A stretch of 30,524 bases of DNA from positions 1 to 30,524 of the forward strand of contig CAVYVF010000003.1 in assembly GCA_963771885.1 (NCBI GenBank), given 5' to 3'. Positions within the stretch are counted from its first letter, which is position 1. Every line of letters begins with the position of its first letter. A program made the position numbers and the translations under genes. The notes under the pieces are model-generated. The model was not told the origin of the DNA. It was given only the letters and a program-made list of their open reading frames with translations, and did no database searches. Below, one piece after another: positions 19,342 through 29,996 of the stretch. Source of the DNA: Candidatus Bathyarchaeota archaeon (GTDB taxonomy: Archaea > Thermoproteota > Bathyarchaeia > TCS64).

Positions 19342-19479
19342 ATGTACAAAAATGTCAAAGATGTGATGACTCAGAGGTGTGAGTCGTTCTACATTGGTAG
19401 TTGTAAGATCCAAGATGGGAAAACTTGTTCTGAGTGCAGAAATTACATAGTAAACTCTCAATTTAGAAAGGTTTCTTGA
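19342..19479 (+). CDS. Cys4 microprotein (45 aa), paralog 2, unannotated
   Basis: GGGGTGA SD at 19330. MYKNVKDVMTQRCESFYIGSCKIQDGKTCSECRNYIVNSQFRKVS*. Confidence 0.85.
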   Translation: MYKNVKDVMTQRCESFYIGSCKIQDGKTCSECRNYIVNSQFRKVS

Positions 19480-19504
19480 TGTTGAGCAAGGTGTTTATGA
19501 AACC

Positions 19505-20509
19505 ATGATTCCCCCAACTAAGATAGTGTCTTTTTACTGGGGTCACACCCCTGAACATCAAAAGGCTTGGTTCAAAGACGCGATCCCAAACCTCATAGTG
19601 GACGTAGTTCCTCAAGGTTGCAGCCCCGGAAAGATATGTGAGATGATTTCTGACGCTGACCTGATTCTTCAGGTGCCTGGAACATTTATTTCCCGTGAGA
19701 TGCTTGAGGCCGCTAATAGGGCGAAGCTCGTTCAGTTCATGTCCGTTGGATACGATACTATCGATTTAGCTGCGGCTAAGGACCTCAAGATCCCCGTTGC
19801 GAATAATCCCGGTTTTCCATCGATACCTGTCGCCGAGCACACGATCATGAGCATTCTTGTTTTATTAAAACAGGCATTTTACGGCCATTCTGAACTCTTC
19901 AAAAACAACTGGGTGCAACAAGAGGTCTGCAACGGAAGAATTGGGGAGTTAACATGCAAAACCGTGGGGATTCTCGGATTGGGGCATATCGGCCTTGAGG
20001 TTGCTAAGAGAATCCGACCCTTTGGCTCTAAAATCATCTATAACAAGCGTAACAGGTTGACCAGAGAAACTGAGGAGCAACTTGGCGTAGAGTATGTCAC
20101 GTTTGATGACTTGGTCACAAGGTCAGATATCTTGACCATACACGCTCCACTTACCCCTGAAACGAAAAACATGATCAGCCGCGAACAGATCGCTAGAATG
20201 AAGCAGGGCTCGTACCTCATCAATACCGCCCGCGGGCCTATCGTCGATGAGATTGCCGTCGCCGATGCACTAAGGGAGGGGAAGTTGGCTGGAGCAGCCT
20301 TCGATGTTCCGCGTTATGGTGCGGGAGATGTGCCAAAGACTATCGAGAACTTCAAGGGCTGTAAAAACGTGTTAATCACGCCACATACCTCATCCTCATC
20401 GCCCGAGTCGGAGGAACGCTTTGTACAGGGATTCACGGCGAACGTCGTAAAGACGTTGAATGGTGGAAACCCTGACTTTGTAGTGAATGGGATTTTGAAG
20501 CCGAGATGA
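19505..20509 (+). CDS. D-2-hydroxyacid dehydrogenase family protein
   Basis: GLGHIG, YNKRNR, INTARG, TPHT; atypical DVPRYG where DVFxxEP is usual. Confidence 0.9.
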   Translation: MIPPTKIVSFYWGHTPEHQKAWFKDAIPNLIVDVVPQGCSPGKICEMISDADLILQVPGTFISREMLEAANRAKLVQFMSVGYDTIDLAAAKDLKIPVANNPGFPSIPVAEHTIMSILVLLKQAFYGHSELFKNNWVQQEVCNGRIGELTCKTVGILGLGHIGLEVAKRIRPFGSKIIYNKRNRLTRETEEQLGVEYVTFDDLVTRSDILTIHAPLTPETKNMISREQIARMKQGSYLINTARGPIVDEIAVADALREGKLAGAAFDVPRYGAGDVPKTIENFKGCKNVLITPHTSSSSPESEERFVQGFTANVVKTLNGGNPDFVVNGILKPR

Positions 20510-20576
20510 TGGGTTGAGAGTCTCGAAACATTTTGAGCGACAAAATATCTTGCTGTGGGAGATCTGGTGAGTAATT

Positions 20577-21788
20577 TTGAGCAAGGTGTCAAAGACGGCG
20601 CTTCTCCTTCTCGCTACTATTTGTGTCACATATTTTGTCGAAAATTTCTTTAGAACCGCGGCCTCGGCTCTCACACCGATTCTAATCGAGGAACTATCAA
20701 TCTCGAGGGCCTCTATGGGGTTGTTGATCACCGCTTTTTTCCTGATATATGGCTTCATGCAGTTCCCCGCTGGTCTACTTACCGAGATTTTGGGACCGAA
20801 AAAATCGATTGTCCTCTTCACTGCCTTGACTATTGTGGGTGGCGTGTTATTCTGGGCGAGCTACAGCTACGAGCTTCTCTTCGCGGCGCAGTTCATAATG
20901 GGGATCGGCACGAGCGTCTTCTACCTCAACGCGATAACCTTGCTGTCTAGATGGATTCCCTCTAGTAGACGTGCGACAGCCATCGGAATATTGAGTGCGA
21001 GTAGTGGGATGGGTGCGTTTACGTGCTTCATAGGGTTTCCGCTAGCTATCACGATATGGGGCACGTGGAGAAACCTCTACCTCGTTATGCTTGGGGCTCT
21101 CCTAGTAAATTGGGTCTTCAACTATTTTCTGATTAAGGATAATCCATCCAACACTACATCAGTGATTGGGAGACGTGAGGGCCTATTTCTCTCCTTGAAG
21201 AGGACGTTGGGTGAAAAGGCCCTACACCCTCTTTTCTTCGGTTACGCAATGATGGGTCTTAATTATCTCCTAATTCAATGGGCGAATCAATATCTAATCG
21301 AATCCAAGAGCCTCACTTACGTAGAGGCTGGCCTGGTGACTAGCGTTGGTACTGTGTCTGGGTTTATTGGCTGTATTGCCATGGGGGTGTTTAGCGACAA
21401 GATAAAGAAGCGCAAACTGCCGATCATCGCGTCTCTTACCCTTTACACGGTCTTTTTGGGATGCTTTATTTTCCTGCCTTCTGGATTGCCGGTTGCTTTC
21501 TACGCGTTGAACTGGTTTCTCTTGACCTTTTTCCTTAGTTTCTGGGTGCTCTTTCCCAGTATGGTTGGTGAGGTCGTATCGCGGGCTAAGGCTACGATTG
21601 GTTTCGGGGTTATGAATGGGTTGATGATGATCATCACGAGTTTAGCTACTCCCCTCTATGGTGCCTTGGTTGACTTGACGGGTAGTTTTTTCATTCCGAC
21701 GTTGATCAGTCTAGGTCTAAGTGTTTTTGCCTTGATTATTCTTAATAGGTCTCTATCGGAGACTTACGGGCTTGCTCCCGGCGATTGA
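20577..21788 (+). CDS. Major facilitator superfamily transporter
   Basis: About 12 hydrophobic segments; QFPAGLLTEILGPKK and GVFSDKIKKRK loop motifs; T8 tract after the stop. Confidence 0.92.
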   Translation: MSKVSKTALLLLATICVTYFVENFFRTAASALTPILIEELSISRASMGLLITAFFLIYGFMQFPAGLLTEILGPKKSIVLFTALTIVGGVLFWASYSYELLFAAQFIMGIGTSVFYLNAITLLSRWIPSSRRATAIGILSASSGMGAFTCFIGFPLAITIWGTWRNLYLVMLGALLVNWVFNYFLIKDNPSNTTSVIGRREGLFLSLKRTLGEKALHPLFFGYAMMGLNYLLIQWANQYLIESKSLTYVEAGLVTSVGTVSGFIGCIAMGVFSDKIKKRKLPIIASLTLYTVFLGCFIFLPSGLPVAFYALNWFLLTFFLSFWVLFPSMVGEVVSRAKATIGFGVMNGLMMIITSLATPLYGALVDLTGSFFIPTLISLGLSVFALIILNRSLSETYGLAPGD

Positions 21789-21935
21789 TTTTTTTTACGA
21801 TCCGTTCTTTGAGGAAGCGCGCGCGAGCAGTTCTTTAATCTAAATGTATCCGTTTTTTAGAAGTTTTGTATACTGCATCCTCAACCAGGTGTGAACTTTT
21901 ATATTATTTAGAAACACGCCTAATGGGAGAACAAT

Positions 21936-23489
21936 ATGACAAAAGAGACGAAGCCCACAGGACCAAATAAGAGACCCCTACTTGCACTCATCATAATCGT
22001 AGCCCTCGCAGGCGCCTCATACTACGCACACCAGACACTAAACCCTCCAATCAAGCCAACAAACTGGCCAACCCAAACCTGGACCACCGCCACAGCGGAG
22101 GCAAACGGCTTCGACTCACAGAAACTAGCCGAAGCCATCACCTCAATGAAAGCTACCCTCAACATACACAGCCTCACCATCACAGGCATCGACGGCGGAC
22201 TCTTCCTCGACGCCTACTTCTACCCATATGACGGCTCCACCTACCACGACTATGCCTCCGTCACAAAAAGCGTGACGACGACCCTCATCGGAATAGCGGC
22301 CGACCAGGGAAAACTCGACCTGGATAAACCGATCCTATTCTACTTCCCGATGCAACGGTGGCAAACCGCGACGCCCGCAAGGAGAATGTCACCGTGCGCC
22401 AGCTAGCAGGAATGACCTCCGGATTACATGCGTCGACTACCCCACTGAGGCGACGCTCGAAGAGATGATGTTGACCCCAGACTGGGTACAGTTGGCGCTA
22501 GAATCGCCCAATGGTAGCCGAGCCGGGCACACGCTTCGCCTACGACAGCCTCGGAATGCACCTGCTCTCCGTCATCCTCGAGAAAGTCACCGGGGTGACT
22601 GAGCTAGAGTACGCTAAACAGGTTTTGTTCACCCCTCTGGGAATAACCGAGGTTTGCTGGCAATCCGACCCGCAGGGCCACACTAGGGGCTGGGGGGACC
22701 TCTGCCTTCAGCCACGCGACGCCGCCAAAGTTGGCCTACTTTTTAGCCACGGTGGCGAATGGGGTGGCAAACAAGTGGTGTCACAGCGGTGGGTATCCCA
22801 GGCGACTAAGAGTCACATCTCGACGAATCGCGGCCAAGACTATGGCTATGGTTGGTGGGTATCGCCGTCCAGTGAAGTCATCCCCTACTATAGCGCTGAG
22901 GGCAGGGGCGGTCAATACATCAGGGTCTACCCGACGCTGAGCATCGTCATTTCAGCGACTGGGGGCGGCGTCAGCATGGGCGACATAGGTCCTAAGCTAG
23001 CGGAGGCGATTACAGAGGGTGGAAAGGCTCTGCCAACCAACCCGATTGGGGCTGAGAGGCTAAAAAGCGCAGTGGTTGAGGTGGGCGCTAAACCTCAACC
23101 GGCGTCTGTAGCTGAGTTACCCGGCTTGGCGGGCGTCGTGTCAGGTAAAACCTACGTCTTCGACTCGAATATTCTGGGTTTGAAATCTATGGTACTTGAG
23201 TTTGACGCTGGCTCTGAGGCGTTCTTTAAACTGGAAAAAGTTGGGGAGTTGGAGCCACGCTTCAGGGGTTGTTGGCCTCGACGGAGTCTATAGGATGAGC
23301 AGTAGCGGTCAGCCTGTGGCTGCAAAGGGAAGTTGGTCGAGTCCCAACGTCTTTATCTTGGACTATGACGAGGGGCCTGGCCTAAACTATCTTCAAATAA
23401 GAAATTCCTCTTTGAGGATGACGTGGTTCGGTTCAATGTTCAGGGATTCGGTGAAATCATCGGAAGAATCTCGCGCGGCAGTTCTTTAA
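21936..23489 (+). CDS. Membrane-anchored serine hydrolase (beta-lactamase-like family), several frameshifts
   Basis: N-terminal TM, WPT..W, ASVTKS, FAYDS, YGYGWW, AEGRGGQYI across ORFs 21936, 22511 and 23196; the 3' end is uncertain. Confidence 0.85.
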
Positions 23490-24104
23490 TCAAGTACCAT
23501 ATGAAAATAGCCTGCCAAACATAGTACCCGTAAGTTGACACGCGTTCACTTAATCCAACGTAGGGCGTAGGCTCCCCCATCACCAAACCGGGGATGGTCA
23601 GAAACACTGTTACGCCCGGCACAAGAAGCACAAGCAGAGCAGCGAACGAATAGATACGAAGCCAGCCACGAGACGAAAACGCAACAATGCAAACCGCAAA
23701 TAAGACGAAGACGACCCCAACACCCGCCAGGATGATGTGCATGGTGTCGGTGAATGTCGCCTCGACGCCCCGCATGTGCATCGGGTAGATGTTCCAGAGC
23801 ACCAAGCCGTTCACCGCGTTTCCGACGAACATCAAGGCGGTCAAACGAATAGTCCTGCGCCTCTCAGCGGAGAACCAAACCCCCAGAGAGAACGCGAGCA
23901 CAAGAAAACTGCTGAAGGTATAGACCGGGACCACGAAGCCGCTTGTCGGCGCACCGATTGCAAATAATTCACTGATAGCCTGAGCTGTGAAACTGTAGCC
24001 GGGGTATAGCAAACCCGCCGCTACATCCGTGACTGCAAATACCAGGGAAGCGACGATGCCGCAGACGAGTAGGAAGATCCTCCCTTTTCACTGATTTCCA
24101 TCAT
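23440..24104 (-). CDS. DUF998-like membrane protein (frameshift near the start)
   Basis: PGYSFTAQAISELFAIGAP, TDTMH, GLSER. The upstream frame gives LLVCGIVASLVFAVTDV; GGAGG precedes the ATG at 24104. Confidence 0.75.
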
Positions 24105-24129
24105 TATTCCTCCAATGGTCCGTCTTCGA

Positions 24130-24548
24130 CTTAGTTCCGCTTTTTGACTCGGCCACCTAATTGAATACCAGGCAATAAGAACAGAGGCCACGAATGTGGC
24201 CGTCTGCAACAGAGAAAGATACGCCGAGGCAATCGATAGCTTCGACAACCCGTATACGACCCCTGAGAGGTTAAAAACCGTAAAGATCAAACCCAACACA
24301 ACATTAACCCGACGGCTTTGAGAATCCCTCAGCGCGATTGAAAGAAAAGCTATCACAAACGGCAACAACAATATCGTCGCGCCACCCAGCAACATATAAG
24401 GAATTAACTCTGGGGGGAACCCGGCAATCATCTCTCTTAGCCCTCCACCAGAATCTAAACCATTTAACGCTAAGAGAAGAAGGAGTGAGAAATCCATGAA
24501 AACCCACAGCATCGAAATTTTAACCTTTAAAGAAAGGGTATCCATCAC
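24130..24548 (-). CDS. Small 4-TM membrane protein (DUF6326-like); 3' end uncertain
   Basis: KVKISMLWVF...SRRVNVVLGLIFTV...LIAWYSIRWP pattern. Confidence 0.6.
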
Positions 24549-24798
24549 CGACTCCCTCCGAGAACTTTCTCCATCATTCGTAAAAGCCTGATATTCGCCA
24601 ACGCCTGCGTCATATACTTACCCAAATCAGATCCACCGCTTACTCCTGCGGAAAGTCCTAAGCTGATATAATACACTCGAATAGTCAAGTGGAAAAATTC
24701 ACAGTCAAGCATTAACAAACAAATGTACACGGTTGCAGCAAGCGGAATCATAGACTATGAAAAATACCACTCAAGTATTCGAGTTCCTTTAATTCAGT

Positions 24799-25107
24799 AT
24801 GCCCCCAATCGACCCTGTGAACAAAGAAGAATCAAGCAAGGCAGACGATGAACACCCATTCTCCATCGAGATGGCCTCAAAAACCCACCTCTACAAACTC
24901 GAGGTATCCGACGGACCTAAGGATCAGGTGCTCATCGAGGGCGAACTAGGTCGAAACATCTCCGTTGAATTCGTCGAAGGAATCATGCTCCAGATAATCG
25001 GTGGGAACGGCGTATTCAGAATAGATCTATCTGAGGGAGACCTGAAAGGTGTCCTGAAACCCGTGAACAGCCTACACGCCAGAAACCATGAAGGTGGACA
25101 AACTTGA
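24799..25107 (+). CDS. Hypothetical beta-rich small protein
   Basis: EHPFSIEM..VLIEGELG..FVEGIMLQIIGGNGVFRIDLSE; stop overlaps the next start. Confidence 0.7.
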   Translation: MPPIDPVNKEESSKADDEHPFSIEMASKTHLYKLEVSDGPKDQVLIEGELGRNISVEFVEGIMLQIIGGNGVFRIDLSEGDLKGVLKPVNSLHARNHEGGQT

Positions 25108-25575
25108 TAAAACCCGCAACCTCGAAAACGCAATGCAATACAATCCCAGAGTCGCACGCCGGCCTACTTAGAAGCACAGTGGATGTCGTGCTAACAACGA
25201 TATCCCCCGAAGGCTATACGCAGAGCACACTAGTGTGGTGCAGCTTAGACGGCTCATCGATCCTAATGAACACCGGCAAGGGCTACCAGAAGGAGCGAAA
25301 CATTAGGAAGAAACCCCCACGTCTCCGTATTCGCGTTCGATACTGCAGACCATCTCCACTGCATCGAAGTCCAGGGCGACGCCGAGCTCATCGAAGAAGG
25401 CGCCAATGAACATCTAAACCGGCTCTCCATGGCCTACACTGGCAAGGCAGACTTCTACAGAGACGTGATGCCGGAGTTAGCAGGTAAAGAAACCAGAGTC
25501 ATTATCAGGTTGAAGCCGAAAAGGGTCAAGGTTAGGGATGGACCCATGGCTCGGAGACCAGTAAAACACTTATGA
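25104..25575 (+). CDS. Pyridoxamine 5'-phosphate oxidase-like (PPOX class, putative F420-dependent) protein (frameshift near 25310)
   Basis: LTTISPEGYTQSTLVW, KERNIRK, then a shifted frame NPHVSVFAFD..IEVQGDAELIEEGANEHLNRLSMAYTG..RVIIRLKP. Confidence 0.85.
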
Positions 25576-25594
25576 TGATATGATATTAGACAAT

Positions 25595-26423
25595 TCAACT
25601 TTTACTATCCTTATCTCTAGGTCGCCCCATAGTCCAGAACCAGGATAGCTCCTTCGCCTGCACCCAATAATATTCGAATAGATCCCTACACCAGCCATGG
25701 AAAACAGGATCCCTTGATCGATAGCCCAGCACATCGACCTCACCATCTCTCTTAGGGAGGGCGAGGACAGCCACCTCCTTCTCTGTCATGTACATCCTCA
25801 CCCTGACCTCGTCAAGGTATCTAATATGCAAGCATCCCTTCCTCCACTGCTCCTCAAAGAAGTCAAGGTGTTCCCTCGGCGTCTCCCTCATCACTTCCAT
25901 GGGAGGAGTATAGTACATGGGTCGATAGCCCTCAGCTTCACCCCCCTCTTCAACTGATTGATTGAGTCGTTTGCATCTCTGGGGCTCGACATTCTGCCGG
26001 GCGAGATAAACCACTCATACTCTTCAGAAGCCCTCCTCGCCCTCGCGATGTTCGCGACAACGTCGAGCAACTCTGTCGTCCTCTCATTGTCTATGAGCTC
26101 TCCGAGCCTGGAGACGAATGGTTGTGGCAGCCAGCGGGTGGAGTGGCTGAGGATGTAGTCACTCTGTTGTGTGAGGAATTCGAATGGAGCTAAAAGCTTG
26201 AGTGCGTTCACTCCAAGCGAGGTTAGGACGTAGTCGCCGGTGGGATCTCTTTGACGAGTGAAATCTGGACTAGCCTCGCAATGTTTCGTGAAGTACCCTG
26301 GGCGGTGAATTCGAGTTTGTTGGCTATCTGGGTGAGGTTCATCGGGCCTTGCTCGAGTGACATCAATATTGCGAGTCGATCATCGTTGGATAACTCGAAT
26401 AGGAGATTGCACAGAGGCTCCAA
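25595..26423 (-). CDS. Winged-helix regulator with DUF1724-like domain, paralog of 1435..2183 (2 frameshifts)
   Basis: LCNLLFELSNDDRLAIL, YILSHS..LPQPFVSRLGEL, FHGWCRDLFEYYW. Confidence 0.85.
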
Positions 26424-26598
26424 CTTTTGTTCTATGTTATTGTATTGGTTAAGAGATAAGATAGTTTGGGGCCAACCCCAAGCCAGATGAGCGCATGCTG
26501 ATTGGGTTCATGAATCGTCGATGTTGATTTTTCACACTTCAAAGTTCGGCTCAGTTAATAGCAATTTAGTATCTGCTTGTCTCGGAGTTGTGAGTAGA

Positions 26599-27040
26599 TT
26601 GGAAAAAAGCTTGGAGAAAAGCAGGGTGTTGGTTGTATTCTATTCAAAAGGTGGAAACACTCGATCAGTGGCTGAAAGAGTCGCGAAGAACCTCGGCGCA
26701 GACATCGATGAAATAATGATAGCGAACGATAGCGACAGTGCAATCTTTAAGGTGGATCCGAGTGCGTACGATTTGGTTATTGTTGGCACACCTGTCAATG
26801 GGTTTTCCCCTCGAAGCCTGTGGCAGACTATCTAAAAAGGAATAGCGGCAAGTTCAGGAAGCTGTCGACCTACTTGACCTATAGCCTATGGCCTGCGGGA
26901 ACCATGAAGAGGATGGGTGAGTTAGCCTCAACGGTGCCCGTGGCCTCGGCGGTCTTCAAGTCGAGAGACATCAAGCTAGATCAATTCGACGATGGGCTCA
27001 AGCTTACATAGCTTCTCTGAAAATGTGCTTGGTTGAGTGA
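26599..27040 (+). CDS. Flavodoxin family protein (frameshifted)
   Basis: LVVFYSKGGNTRSVAE, YDLVIVGTPV; continues in ORF 26820..27011. Confidence 0.8.
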
Positions 27041-27046
27041 TCTGAA

Positions 27047-27601
27047 ATGAATCTGATTCAGATTGTCGGGATCGTCATTGGGGTAATCGTGGGAGTGGTT
27101 GTTCTATCATTCCTGGTGATCAACTTGGATCTGGCCAGCTACCTTGCATCTGGCAGTGAAGTCCTTACACCGACTGGAACACCAGTTGGACGCGCCTTGG
27201 TCGTTTACAGCCCGGGGCTATCGGGAGCTGCCAAAGAGTCTGCATCAAAGATTGCCTCCGGCCTCGTGGGAAGGGGCTACAGAGTCGACCTAGTGGGTGT
27301 TCGGAGCTCAGCAGCCGGCTCCAGCACAGACTACGATGTGGTCATTGTAGGCGGCCCAGTATACTTCGGGAAACTCAGCGCAACAACCGCTGACTACCTC
27401 GGAAAGATCACCCGGAAAACCGATGCAAAACTCGGAGTATTCGGCACGACTGGAACAGACAAAATCATGGAAGTCAACTTCAACACAGTCACAGAGCAGG
27501 TATCCATCCTAAGAGGTGAAGAAACGGTTCAGATCAAGTTAATCCTGACGAATAACGTTGACGCTGACTGCGCCGCTCTGGTAAACTCTACGCTAGGATA
27601 A
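27047..27601 (+). CDS. Membrane-anchored flavodoxin-like protein
   Basis: N-terminal TM helix, ALVVYSPGLSG, YDVVIVGGPVYFG. Confidence 0.82.
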   Translation: MNLIQIVGIVIGVIVGVVVLSFLVINLDLASYLASGSEVLTPTGTPVGRALVVYSPGLSGAAKESASKIASGLVGRGYRVDLVGVRSSAAGSSTDYDVVIVGGPVYFGKLSATTADYLGKITRKTDAKLGVFGTTGTDKIMEVNFNTVTEQVSILRGEETVQIKLILTNNVDADCAALVNSTLG

Positions 27602-27623
27602 CGTCGACTGGGAGGAGCCACCG

Positions 27624-28201
27624 ATGATTGAGGATAAAAGCCAAATCGAAGTGCTCCCTACGGGGCAACGCGCGGGACTAGCGCTTATCATCCCCAATCT
27701 ACTTACATCCATTCGAGCCATAGCCACCAGCATCCTATTCATCACCCTCGTTGAAGGTGGCTGGGGTTTCCCCATCTACGCTCTGGCCTGCCTTACAGAT
27801 GTGCTGGATGGTTTTCTCGCGCGTCGTCTGCGGGTGGAGAGTGAGTTCGGGGGAATGCTAGATGCGTCGGTTGACTTTGTACTGATTTCTCGACTTCACT
27901 GTATCTGGTTCTGGATGGGTTGGTCTCTGCGTGGTTCTTGTTGTTAATTGTATTCGCGTTCACAAAGTTCCTGCTCTTTAGAGGAAAACCGGTTTATGAT
28001 CCCTTTGGGAAACACATAGGCACCGTGCTCTTTGTAAGCCTCGGAACGATTTTGCTCTTCAGGGCTCCATTAGTAGTTAACTGGGCCATATCCATTGCAT
28101 CGTGCTACGTTCTAATCGCTACTACAATAAGCATCGGCGCGCGCTGGAGGTGCTTGGTATCGAACTATCACGAATGTTGGCTCGGAATTTGGTTTAAGTA
28201 G
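27624..28201 (+). CDS. CDP-alcohol phosphatidyltransferase family (frameshift near 27890)
   Basis: IPNLLTSIR and the TDVLDGFLARRL..SEFGGMLDASVD signature. Confidence 0.88.
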
Positions 28202-28561
28202 TCATCAGAAATATGAATGACACGTGTGAGACGTATTAAAAACAAGTAATCATATCACACTCGTTTATAATATTTAAAATAATTTAGATATTGTAGTCTA
28301 TGTCTTATCCTCACATCCACCTGATTTAACCAGTGGTTATAGAGCAAACCTACAAGATCCAGAGAATAATTCTCTTCTCACTGGGGTAGTTCATATAAGC
28401 ATCGTAGTTCACAACGCCGAAGACCGCGGAGAAACTAGGTGAATATGGATTGGCCAAAGTCCAATTCCGCACGCGAAGATGTGAGCGGTAAAAGTGTACT
28501 GCAAATAATCTTATCTCCGCTTCGCGCTTGACATGATATGCGCGCCTAGAGGTGTCTGGAG

Positions 28562-28959
28562 GTGTTATGTGATTATCTTGCCCCCGACTATTTTAGTAAC
28601 CGAGTGCTATTCTTCACCATACTCGCCGCGGTCCTAATCATAGGCATATTATGGAAGAAGCTCAAGCCAAGCAGTTGGAGGATCGAAGACTTCTCCTTCA
28701 ATCGCTCCTTATCCACCGATATTCCTCCTAAAAAGAGCGCCATCAGATGCACGATTTGCGAAACATCATGGATTCACCCAGAGAATAGGTTAAGCGGAAA
28801 CATAACCTGGCTCGGTGAAATAGTATAAAGTGGAAGTGCCCCCGATGCGGTCACGTTGTTGTCTGGGAGAGGCCGCTTCAGTTTCCCCATAGTAATTATG
28901 GGCCGAATGAAGACATCGGGAAACTATCTAGGGTACTCCCTAAGGAGTACGAAGGCTAG
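28562..28959 (+). CDS. Membrane-anchored zinc-ribbon protein (frameshift near 28826; start uncertain)
   Basis: TM segment and RCTICE, then after a one-base shift KWKCPRCGHVVVWERP...EYEG* (stop at 28959). Confidence 0.55.
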
Positions 28960-29022
28960 GCGTGCGCGCTTCAGATAGTCGGGGGCATCACTGTATTTCT
29001 GGAGGTATCGTGCGCGCGACCG

Positions 29023-29418
29023 CTATCCTTCTACCCTTGCCTCAAATCCGCCATACGCCATACGTTTCACATCGAATGGCATCGGAACATCCTTGTATGC
29101 ATCTGCTTGCTTACTCATTTCCTCCATTACTCTTGCGTTGACCTCATCGCGGTGCATTTTCGACTTGAAAACGATAAACGAAAACCAAACAGTTTCACCC
29201 GGCTTCGCTTTTATCAACTCTGTAAATCCAAGTGGCTTAGATCCACCCATCTCCTTTGGATCAAGGTCGTCACCAATACACTCCATGTATTGAAGTGCGC
29301 CAAATTTCATCCACATCTCCTTTCCCATCTCCGCCATCTTCTGGTATTCTTCAACCTTGTCTTTCTGAACGACAAGTACGAACCCGTCTACGTATTTCGT
29401 CAAAATACTTCGCCTCAT
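29023..29418 (-). CDS. DUF1428 family protein
   Basis: YVDGFVLVV, GALQYMECIGDD, ETVWFSFI, MPFDVKRMAYGGF. Confidence 0.92.
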   Translation of the reverse strand: MRRSILTKYVDGFVLVVQKDKVEEYQKMAEMGKEMWMKFGALQYMECIGDDLDPKEMGGSKPLGFTELIKAKPGETVWFSFIVFKSKMHRDEVNARVMEEMSKQADAYKDVPMPFDVKRMAYGGFEARVEG

Positions 29419-29996
29419 GGACCTGATTTGAACGAATTCTTATAAACTCGACTTCGCAACCGCCGTTATTCCTCGACGATGTCGAGTCTCTCTGTTGCGT
29501 GCGCAACGAGGCGGTGCGCGCGAATATGTGCATACCATTTTCAATAACCTCTCTCCTCAAGCGAACTGGGTCTCCTTTATCAGGTCAACTCGTCTGGGAG
29601 AACACGCCATGATGCGGAAATTGGACGTTATGGAGTTGTTGAAGATCTTCGGGAGTCTACTGGCGTCGGCCTGAATCTGGGGCTCAACGTATTCGCGACG
29701 CCTCCATCCCCATTTCCAGACATTGAGGGTGACGGGTATAGGCTTCGGATGATCCGACCGTGCTCAGCTCCGAGGATGAGGATAGGATTAGGGACTTCGC
29801 TAGAGGAGGGTTTAATGACCGAGGATTATTGGAACGACTGGGGGAGGTATTTGACAATTTGGAAGAAGAAGTAACACAAGATATCAGGGTGACTTGAGCT
29901 TTTCCAGCGCATGGAAAGGTGCGCACAGTTTTACCGTTAGCTGAAAGCAATAATCTTATCATCACTTCATGTTCACTCAATTCCAGTGATTGATGT

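Noticed and set aside
24021..24548. Apparent in-frame read-through of the 4-TM gene into the start of the DUF998 gene (fusion)
   Set aside because: The DUF998 gene has its own GGAGG SD, and indel errors are frequent here, so a fusion is unsupported.
28445..28531. 28-aa ORF (MDWPKSNSARED...) with an AGGTGA SD and an upstream TATA-like box
   Set aside because: Too short, with no motif or paralog support.
29470..29900. Protein-like fragments on the + strand (e.g. DPTVLSSEDEDRIRDFARGGFNDRGLLERLGEVFDNLEEE; GRYLTIWKKK)
   Set aside because: No start codon or coherent frame and no family I can assign; possibly a decayed gene, which needs a frameshift-aware search.
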